From assembly GCA_963921275.4 (NCBI GenBank), contig OZ001293.3:2944001-3008000 (forward strand): a stretch of DNA of 64,000 nt, read 5' to 3'. The position numbers and the translations under genes were made by a program. This document shows, piece by piece, positions 56,042 to 64,000 of this stretch; positions within the stretch are counted from its first letter, which is position 1; the number at the start of each line of letters is the position of its first letter. Under the pieces are notes generated by a model. That model was not told the origin of the DNA and ran no database searches. It saw nothing but the letters and a program-made list of their open reading frames with translations. This DNA comes from an uncultured Hormoscilla sp. Its GTDB lineage: Bacteria > Cyanobacteriota > Cyanobacteriia > Cyanobacteriales > Desertifilaceae.

Positions 56042-57307
56042 ATGAGTAGTGAGACAAAGAAAGAACGACCGATCGCAGTAGACTTGTGCGCAGGTGCAGG
56101 AGGGATGACCCTAGGGTTTGAACAAGCAGGGTTTGACGTGCTGGCATCTTTTGACATAGACCCAATACACTGCGCTATCCACGAGTATAATTTCCCCTTT
56201 TGGTCAGTATTATGCCAGAATATAGTAGAAATTACGGAAGAGGAAATAAGGTCGAGGTCAAAAATAGGCGATCGGGAGATAGACGTAGTGCTGGCAGGAT
56301 TACCAATATATCAAGGATTGGCATCCAAGGGCAGACGGGCAGCGGAGGAACAGCGGAACTCGGTGTTGTATCATTTTCACAGACTGGTGGTGGAGCTACA
56401 ACCGAAATATTTTGTGATGGAAAATGACCGGGGACTGGCGATCGGGAGGCCAAAACAGCGACTGAAGACTTTGATCAAGGAGTTGAAGGCAGCAGGCTAT
56501 CAAGTACAAGAGGAATACAAATCTCTCAATGCAGCCAACTACGGGGTACCAGAGGCTCGGGAACGATTGTATCTGCTAGGATGCCGGTCAGACAGGAAGT
56601 TGCCGAAATATCCCCCGCCAACGACGAAACCAGCAAAACCCAAGCTGCGCGATCGGCATCGAGATTCAGATCTGCCCCCCGGTCCCACGGTGTGGGATGC
56701 ATTATCAGACCTGCCAGAAGCGAAAAACTACCCAGAATTGTTCAAGCAGGACTGGGCCCAGGCCGAGTACGGCAAGCCTAGCGATTATGCCAGGGCACTG
56801 CGCGAGCGGGACTTTTTAGAAGATAATTATGCCTACGAGCGGGAATACAATCGACAACTGCTCACGGCCAGTATGCTGACTAAACATTCATTGCGATCGA
56901 TTAAACGATTTGAGAATACCAAAGAGGGTCAAAGGGAAAAAATCAGTCGTTTCCAGAAGCTGCATCCAGAAGGAATATGCAACAGTCTCCGGGGGGGAAC
57001 GGACAGGAATCAGGGTTCATTCACGGCCCCGAGACCAATTCATCCCTATATACCCAGATGTATCACAGTCAGGGAAGCAGCAAGGATGCATTCTTTCCCG
57101 GACTGGTTTAGATTTCATGGAACGAAATGGCACGGCTTCCGACAAGTGGCCAATTCTGTACCGCCATTGCTGGCCTTGGCCCTGGGGGCAGAGATTATAC
57201 GTGCCTTGGGAGTGGTACCGTCTAAACCGACGGTCAAGCAGGAGTTGGGAGATAAGAAATTACTACAATTAACTAATTCCCAAGCAAGTCTGCGTTACCG
57301 TTCGTAG
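56042..57307 (+). CDS. C5 DNA methyltransferase homolog of M.Ssp6803I/DmtC type with degenerate active site
   Basis: RPIAVDL.AG.GG, EKISRF..LHP.G.CN.LR.GT, FTAPRPIH, ITVREAAR; motif IV reads GLPIYQGL. Confidence 0.85.
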   Translation: MSSETKKERPIAVDLCAGAGGMTLGFEQAGFDVLASFDIDPIHCAIHEYNFPFWSVLCQNIVEITEEEIRSRSKIGDREIDVVLAGLPIYQGLASKGRRAAEEQRNSVLYHFHRLVVELQPKYFVMENDRGLAIGRPKQRLKTLIKELKAAGYQVQEEYKSLNAANYGVPEARERLYLLGCRSDRKLPKYPPPTTKPAKPKLRDRHRDSDLPPGPTVWDALSDLPEAKNYPELFKQDWAQAEYGKPSDYARALRERDFLEDNYAYEREYNRQLLTASMLTKHSLRSIKRFENTKEGQREKISRFQKLHPEGICNSLRGGTDRNQGSFTAPRPIHPYIPRCITVREAARMHSFPDWFRFHGTKWHGFRQVANSVPPLLALALGAEIIRALGVVPSKPTVKQELGDKKLLQLTNSQASLRYRS

Positions 57308-57376
57308 TAAGTCGTTCGTAGTAAAGACTAAAGTCCTTACCTAAATGTGATATAGTCAGAGAAAAGGGAGGGAATA

Positions 57377-57898
57377 ATGCCCAGAACACAACGTAACGAT
57401 AATTTCATTGACAAAAGCTTTACGGTAATGGCAGATATCATACTCAAGATAATGCCGACGAACAAAAAAGCGAAAGAAGCTTTTGCCTATTACCGGGATG
57501 GAATGTCAGCTCAAGCAGATGGAGAATACGCGGAAGCATTGGAAAATTACTATGAAGCGCTGGACCTAGAAGAAGATCCGAACGATCGCAGCTATGTCCT
57601 GTATAATATCGGATTGATCCATGCCAGCAACGGAGAACATGAGAAGGCACTGGATTACTATCAGCAGGCCCTAGAACAAAATGCTCGCCTTCCCCAAGCG
57701 CTGAACAATATTGCTGTGATTTACCACTACAAGGGGGAAAAGGCAAAGGAAGCTGGTGAAGATGAAGCTGCTGAAGCTATGTTTGATAAAGCAGCTGAGT
57801 ATTGGAAGCAAGCAATTTGCCAGGCACCCAATAACTACATTGAAGCTCAAAATTGGCTCAAAAATACAGGGCGATCGGAAATGGATGTATTTTTCTAG
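57377..57898 (+). CDS. ycf3: photosystem I assembly protein Ycf3
   Basis: [35 protein letters not shown]. Confidence 0.98.
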   Translation: MPRTQRNDNFIDKSFTVMADIILKIMPTNKKAKEAFAYYRDGMSAQADGEYAEALENYYEALDLEEDPNDRSYVLYNIGLIHASNGEHEKALDYYQQALEQNARLPQALNNIAVIYHYKGEKAKEAGEDEAAEAMFDKAAEYWKQAICQAPNNYIEAQNWLKNTGRSEMDVFF

Positions 57899-57984
57899 TA
57901 GCGTAGCGTGTAGGACTTGTCCCGCCTGTCCGTAGGACTTGTCCCCCCTGGAAGTCAGTTGTCTATTCTAACCAGCAACTCCCG

Positions 57985-58284
57985 ATGAAGATCGATCTAG
58001 AACAAGTCCGCAAAGTTGCCCATCTGGCCCGTTTGGAATTAACTTCGGACGAGGAAGAGAAGTTTACTACTCAACTGAGCAGTATTCTGGACTATTTTGA
58101 ACAGCTGAGCGAACTAGATACCAGTGATGTGCCGCCGACAACACGGGCAATTGATGTCAGTAACGTGGTGCGGCCAGATGAACTGCAACCCGACCATAAC
58201 CGGGACGCTATTCTAGCATGTGCGCCTGACCAAGATGGTGATTTCTTCAAGGTGCCACAAATAATCAGCGAAGAGGATGGCTAA
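57985..58284 (+). CDS. gatC: Asp/Glu-tRNA amidotransferase subunit C
   Basis: VAHLARLEL, LSELDT, FFKVPQI. Confidence 0.95.
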   Translation: MKIDLEQVRKVAHLARLELTSDEEEKFTTQLSSILDYFEQLSELDTSDVPPTTRAIDVSNVVRPDELQPDHNRDAILACAPDQDGDFFKVPQIISEEDG

Positions 58285-58819
58285 ATTCTACGAGCAATTG
58301 AATGACTCTTTACGGCAGTTCATCGCGGCACAGCAGATGTTTTTTACAGCAACTGCGCCGTCAAAGGGGAGAATAAATCTATCCCCAAAGGGGATGGATA
58401 CTTTTCGGTGTATTGATAACCGAACAGTTGCCTATTTAGATTTAACCGGAAGCGGCAATGAAACAGCGGCCCATTTACAAGAAAATGGGAGAATGACAAT
58501 GATGTTTTGTAGCTTCGATCGGGATCCGTTAATCCTGCGTCTCTACGGACAAGGGAGAGTAATTTTCCCCCGAGATGAAGAGTGGCAAGATTTATATCTC
58601 CTGTTTGAAAAGCTGCCTGGAGAAAGGCAAATTATGGTTTTAGCAATTGAAAGCGTCCAGACATCTTGTGGTTATGGGGTTCCCCTTTATGAGTTTAAGG
58701 GAGAAAGACCAACCTTGAAAGCTTGGGCCCAAAAGAAAGGGGAAACAGGAATTATTGAATACTGGCAAAAGAAGAATCAAACCAGTATTGACGGATTACC
58801 GACAAATATATTATCATAG
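58277..58819 (+). CDS. pyridoxamine 5'-phosphate oxidase family protein
   Basis: NLSPKG, DLTGSGNET, SCGYGVP, SIDGLP. Confidence 0.9.
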   Translation: MAKFYEQLNDSLRQFIAAQQMFFTATAPSKGRINLSPKGMDTFRCIDNRTVAYLDLTGSGNETAAHLQENGRMTMMFCSFDRDPLILRLYGQGRVIFPRDEEWQDLYLLFEKLPGERQIMVLAIESVQTSCGYGVPLYEFKGERPTLKAWAQKKGETGIIEYWQKKNQTSIDGLPTNILS

Positions 58820-59164
58820 TAGCGCGTAGGGCGGGCGGATCGCCTGCCGGGGATGAACCTAGGGCGGGCGCAATACTTCTCGGTTAATAACTTGTCATTG
58901 CGGGGGGCTCCCAAACGAGCATTCTTCTGATCCCCGCGCTTAATCCCCCCCGAAGCAATCTCACCTCCGACAGCGCTTTTCCTCTCATACGGGGCGGGGG
59001 GATTGCTAGCCCTCCTGGCGTCGGGCCGCTGCGCTAACCGGGGGGGTTAACGAACATGAACGCATAAGTTAATCGCTACGTACTCCCCCCCACGCTGCGC
59101 GAAAAATCGCAATGACAGATAAGATGCTTAACCGAGAGGTATTGAGGGCGGGCGGATCGCCTAG

Positions 59165-60451
59165 CTAAAGAACTCGGATCGCACTGGGAATGCTATCAAC
59201 AGCATCCAGAGTGTTAATTTCATTGAGGGCATTGCGGAAGTTGCCTTCACGGGTTGCGTGGGTAAGGACGACAATTTCTGCTAGTTGACCCTTAAAGCCG
59301 ATTTGGACAAGGGATTCGAGGCTAACATTATTGTTACCGAAGCTGGTGCCTAAGTGACCGATGATTCCCGGTTGGTCTTTGGTCAGAAAGCGGACGTAAA
59401 ATCGGGTCTGGAGTTCTTCTATTGGGGCGATCGGGCAATAATGTTGATGGTGACACGAGAGCAAGGGATGGGGTATGGGTTCGGTTTCAGTTTGGAGAAT
59501 AGCAGCAATGCCGATCAGATCGGCAACTACGGCACTAGCAGTGGGACCAGCACCCGCACCCCGTCCGTAAAACATTACCTGTCCGATCGGTTCTCCTTCG
59601 ACTAAGATGGCATTATAAACGCCGCTGATGCTAGCGAGGGGATGAATTTGGGGAACCAGAGTGGGATGAACCCTCACTTGCAGGGAGTCTTCTAGGTCCC
59701 GTTGGGCGATCGCCAGCAGTTTAATTTCAAACCCCAGCTTTTCAGCATAGGCAATATCTGCTACAGTTACATGACGAATGCCTTCGCAATAAACATCTTC
59801 TAGTTTCAAACGTCCCCCAAAAGCTAAGGATGCCAGAATAGCAATTTTATCGGCAGCATCCAAACCATCTACATCGGCAGTAGGATCTGCTTCCGCGTAA
59901 CCCAACTGCTGTGCTTCCGCTAAAACATCGGCAAAATCAATGCCTTCCCGTTGCATTTTGGTCAGGATATAGTTAGTCGTACCGTTGACAATGCCGATTA
60001 CAGATTGAATGCGGTTCGCGACCAATGCCTGTTTCAAGGGTCCAATCACGGGAATGCCACCTCCCACCGCCGCTTCTAGCATTACGTAGACGCCAGCGTT
60101 ATTGGCCGCCGTGTAAATTTCATCACCGTAGCGGGAAATTACCGCTTTGTTGGCAGTGACCACATGCTTTCCGTGGGCAATGGCTTTCAGAATGAGCGAT
60201 CGGGCGGGTTCCAGTCCTCCGATCAGTTCTACGACAATATCAACTGCCTCGTCTGTGACAATTGCCTCTAGATCCGTTGTCAGGATATCCGCAGGCAATT
60301 TGACAGGGCGAGGTTTGGAGATATCCCGCAGGCCCACCCGATAGATTGACAATTCCTGCAATAGGGGATGGCGTCCCTTGGGGTCGAGTAAAATCTCTGT
60401 CGTCCCCCCACCAACGGTACCCAATCCCAGTAAACCGATTTTATAAGCCAC
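59165..60451 (-). CDS. hom: homoserine dehydrogenase
   Basis: GLGTVGGG, VVTANK, EAAVGGGIP, NGTTNYIL, C-terminal ACT domain; GTG start at 60451. Confidence 0.95.
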   Translation of the reverse strand: MAYKIGLLGLGTVGGGTTEILLDPKGRHPLLQELSIYRVGLRDISKPRPVKLPADILTTDLEAIVTDEAVDIVVELIGGLEPARSLILKAIAHGKHVVTANKAVISRYGDEIYTAANNAGVYVMLEAAVGGGIPVIGPLKQALVANRIQSVIGIVNGTTNYILTKMQREGIDFADVLAEAQQLGYAEADPTADVDGLDAADKIAILASLAFGGRLKLEDVYCEGIRHVTVADIAYAEKLGFEIKLLAIAQRDLEDSLQVRVHPTLVPQIHPLASISGVYNAILVEGEPIGQVMFYGRGAGAGPTASAVVADLIGIAAILQTETEPIPHPLLSCHHQHYCPIAPIEELQTRFYVRFLTKDQPGIIGHLGTSFGNNNVSLESLVQIGFKGQLAEIVVLTHATREGNFRNALNEINTLDAVDSIPSAIRVL

Positions 60452-60745
60452 GATGACAAGTTCCGATATGTTTGCCTTGACTATTCTGACAGATTTTAGT
60501 AAGAGGAGAATTGCCAATTTAAACTTGTAAATTGAAAATCTAGTATTTTTATATTTATAGCTATTTTTGACTCTAACATTTTACAAGGCGATCGCATTTT
60601 TCGAGACAGAAACTTGCCTCTTCGATCGCAATTTGAAGGGCGATCGTCTAGCCTGATTATGTTCGGAGATAATATTCTAATTATAGGCAGATTATGGTTG
60701 TATATCGAATGTAAATATGACTGTAGGTTGAGCAACTAAACCGAA

Positions 60746-60916
60746 TTATGTCGGATCTTCATCCTCTAGATATAAAGCAACTGCTTCTTGCAGATTGCTG
60801 ACAATTTCCTCTTTACTCCTACCCTGAGTGACTACATTAATTTCTGGGCATTCGGCTACATAACCTTGTTGTTCGCCCCGACTGATTTTAGCTGTGATAT
60901 AATTTCTTAATTCCAT
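60746..60916 (-). CDS. HicB-like antitoxin, short or orphan
   Basis: GYVAECPE..VVTQG.S.EE...NLQEAVALYLE. Confidence 0.75.
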   Translation of the reverse strand: MELRNYITAKISRGEQQGYVAECPEINVVTQGRSKEEIVSNLQEAVALYLEDEDPT

Positions 60917-61162
60917 AGCTGTAGCAGATGAGTTCAGGAAGGCCGTTCGCCTCGCAGGTGGATATAAATCTGATAACATGAATTTACCGAACGGGATCTT
61001 TAGCATCGACCAACCACCCCGGTTGAGGGCTAGGTTTGGCTCTGGGGAACCGGCAGCAGGAACAGACCGATCGGTCCTCACGGTCGGCGGACTCGTCGTC
61101 AACCGCTGCTCCCAAAGCCATGATAATATTATAGCAACACATTGTTTTGCAGATAGAGAACC

Positions 61163-61474
61163 ATGACTCCAGAACAAGAACAAAAAATAATTGAGTTACG
61201 TGCCAAAAATATGACTCCCAAACTGATTGCGCGGAAATTGGGCTTGAAAGTATCGGAAGTAAGTGCGATACTCAAGGGTCAAGCACAACAGGTAACTCTG
61301 GAAAGGGCAGCTAGTGGGGAAATGGACCCAATAGCAAAATGCCTGGTGAACGCTAGCTGCTTCGACAGTTTATTTGGAGACAAACGTCAGCGAGAGGCAG
61401 CAGAAGATTCGCAAGTGGGGGGCCTGGGATTAGTTGCAGTTGCACGCACCACAGGGCAAGATAAGTTTATCTAA
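61163..61474 (+). pseudogene. HTH-bearing protein, truncated
   Basis: MTPEQEQKIIELR...PKLIARKLGLKVSEV; ends at the junction with the Rpn-like fragment. Confidence 0.6.
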
Positions 61475-62244
61475 AGAATGGTTCTCCGATAAATGTCGTG
61501 GTTCATGTAGAAGTCCAAAGTGAGTACGAAGTAGACTTTACCAAACGGATACATATTTACAACAGCCTAATAGAGTTGCGCCACGATCTGCCGGCGGCCA
61601 GTTTGGTAATATTAGGCGATGACAGACCGACCTGGCGACCCCAAGAATATGTGTCTACAATTTGGGAAAGCAGAACAACCCAGTCCTATCGTGTAGTCAA
61701 GCTGCTGGACTACCAAAACCAATGGTCTGTGTTGTCGCATAGCACTAATCCCTTTGCGGTGATGGTAATGGCCCATCTGAAAACAATGGCGACGCGCGAG
61801 AATGCCCGGAAACGCTTGGAATGGAAAACCAGGGTAACCAGAGGGCTGTTAGAGGTTGGATATAGCGAACAGGAGATTCGCAACTTGTTGCGGCTAGTAT
61901 ACTGGATGATGCGACTGCCAGAGAATTTAGAACGGGAATTTCAAATTCAACTAGATAAATTCTTGGAGGAGAAAGAGATGCCGTATGTAATGATGCCTTG
62001 CGAGCAAGATGCAATGATGAGGGGTATCCTGCAAAAAAGCAGAGAGGCCATAATCGATATCCTCGTTCTGAGGTTTTCTTCTGTGCCCGAGGAAATAGCC
62101 GATCGCATCAATAAACTGAAGTCCGAGTCGGTGCTGCGGGATCTTTTGAGGCGAGCGGTGACGCTCGCCTCCCTATCAGACTTCTCTGCCGTTCTCGATC
62201 AACTTGCGCCAGCGGAAGATAGTAGTGGTGATCGGTACAACTAA
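61463..62244 (+). pseudogene. Rpn/transposase-like protein lacking its N-terminus
   Basis: VYLKNG...VHVEVQS, VKLLDY, NPFAVMVMAHLKT; partial second copy near 62307-62381. Confidence 0.75.
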
Positions 62245-62747
62245 CCGCGAGCAGGATGAGGGGCGATCGCCCCTACTGAAAGCAGAGGGCGATCGCCAAA
62301 GATTGTTTCTTGTCCGAGAAAGAGATGCCCTATGTAATGCTGCCTGGTGAGGAAAATGCAATGAACAGGGGGTATCCTGCCTCCTAGCTAGCACAAAAGG
62401 GGAAACACGGCCAGGCCATTGAACAACATCATCCCGCGATCGCCCCCCTCACCCGAAAGGGCCTCAGCTGATGGTGCGATTAGCCAGTGGAGCAGACGGC
62501 GCTACGAACGACGGGAAGCACGAAGCGTGCTTACTACCTCACTCTTGTGGTACAATGGTCGAAAGCAAACGCTTCTTCGCAAGGAGTAGTGTCAGGCACG
62601 CTCGCCGGAGGCACTAGATTCCCATGTCAATGCTAGCCTCATGGCTGGTCATCTCGCCTCTTCAGCTTTGCAACCGCTACAACTAACAACTGACCCGTTG
62701 AGTTTCTCCATTGCCTCTTACAAGCGGCTGGCTCTCAATGAGCATCT

Positions 62748-63018
62748 GGCGTTGCACAACTCCGGGATGATTTGTGACCACTTCCAAGAAGCTTATAGCG
62801 ACCATGCCTCATTTATAATGACTTGTTACAACTGATAACTGACAACTGACAACTGACTAACCAGAGAGCCACCATCATCCCCAAAATGTGCAACGCCCTT
62901 TTGGAGGCGTTGCACAATCACGGGATGATGGGCATAGTTGCAGCACTTTTAAACTTAGAGTACAAGCTATTTTCTGTTATGTGCAAAAAAGGGCATCATC
63001 CCCAAAATGTGCAACGCC
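62748..63018. mobile_element. two tandem MITE-like elements
   Basis: ends GGCGTTGCACAA..GGGATGAT / ATCATCCCCAAAATGTGCAACGCC at 62748-62897 and 62906-63018; second flanked by CTTTTGGA on both sides. Confidence 0.75.
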
Positions 63019-63030
63019 CTTTTGGACTTA

Positions 63031-63849
63031 CAGCATATTGCAGATAAATGAGGTACACTTAATAAAAGTAAATCAATCAGTAAAATGAAAGCTTTACTCA
63101 ATTGACTTCCGCGAAAAAATAGTTTTGGCTTATGAACAAGGTAACACTTCAGTCAGAAAAGTGTCGGTGTCCCCCGGTCGCTCATCGTATTCGCAGAAAA
63201 GGGGGGACACCGCTGATAGATTTGGTGTAGCCAAAAGCTTTGTGCAGAAACTACTCTCCATGAAGAAGACCCAAGGTCATGTCAAGCCTAAACAACAAGG
63301 TGGAGCAATGAAGGGTCAGTTGAATGGATTGGGAACTCAATTAGCCGCAATGGTGGAAAAATACCCAGATGCCACTTTATCGGAATACTGTGAGTATTGG
63401 GGAACCACCTATAATCAATGGGTAAGTACAAGCACGATATGTCGTGCATTGAAAAAATCAAAATTAACACTAAAAAAAAAGACATTAGGGAAATTGAAAA
63501 TTGAGCAATTGAAAATTGAGCAATTGAAAATTGAAAATTACTTCATTTTCCATAGCGCTATGCGCACTGCGTATACGCAATTCGTAATTAGCCATTTTCA
63601 TTCGCAAATACAAATGCCAAAGTGAGATGCTCCCCAAGTGTTCTTTATCAATCACCCTCCTCTCCAGATTTTAATCCTATTGAACACTGGTGGTCACAAT
63701 TAAAATCTTTTTTACGTCAATTTTATCCCATATCTGCCAAAATGGTTGATGTTCTTATTCGCATTGCACTTAACTTGGTCAATCCTCAGCATTTAAAAAA
63801 CTGGTTTACAAACTGTTGTTACTGTACCTCATAAACCTGCAATCCGCTG
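63031..63849 (+). mobile_element. IS630-family element, internally deleted and frameshifted
   Basis: TA-flanked imperfect TIRs CAGC..ATTGCAG.T..ATGAGGTACA; DATLSE, SPDFNPIE.WWSQLK. Confidence 0.88.
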
Positions 63850-64000
63850 TATTTATTTCCTTGTTTGACTTAGAGCCAACGCAAGATTAAATCCCATCCG
63901 AACTACCAGAATCTGCTTATCTTCTGTCCGGAGTATTGCCCTTGGATAGTTTTGGGTGAGAAACTGACTTTACGGCTCATGACAAATACTGAAACCGTCT

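Noticed and set aside
58820..59163. Structured intergenic region as an ncRNA
   Set aside because: Mosaic of GGGCGGGCGGATCGCC and other dispersed repeats between convergent genes; no recognisable RNA family
426..63485. Numerous ORF-track entries overlapping well-supported genes on the opposite strand or in another frame
   Set aside because: Shadow ORFs without independent evidence

Overview
Chromosomal window from a cyanobacterium. Evidence: psb28, psb32, ycf3 and ycf49, abundant HIP1 GCGATCGC octamers, and gene style typical of filamentous Oscillatoriales-like strains. Housekeeping genes (csaB, dnaE, gatA/gatC, rlmB, mrnC, carA, trpD, pgsA, surE, cobB, hom) are interleaved with decaying accessory DNA: frameshifts, nonsense codons, deletion-fused gene halves, IS4 and IS630 remnants, MITEs, an ORF-less group II intron and several short repeat families. 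This suggests an eroding, possibly host-associated genome (inference). Highlights: (1) a minus-strand defence cluster of HEAT-repeat nuclease-like gene, shattered PvuII-type methyltransferase, long Argonaute with an internal deletion and an SxxK hydrolase; (2) a contiguous, intein-free dnaE with a repeat-filled linker and a second OB fold; (3) a 15-nt element inserted at G^ATCG, in frame inside dnaE and mscS; (4) a full-length homolog of the HIP1-core (CGATCG) methyltransferase that lacks the catalytic Cys; (5) a second defence islet with a small protein ending in the SSB tail DDDDIPF, a Panacea toxin-antitoxin pair and a decayed R-M system; (6) an orphan CRISPR-leader-like sequence. All calls come from motif recognition by eye; no searches were run.
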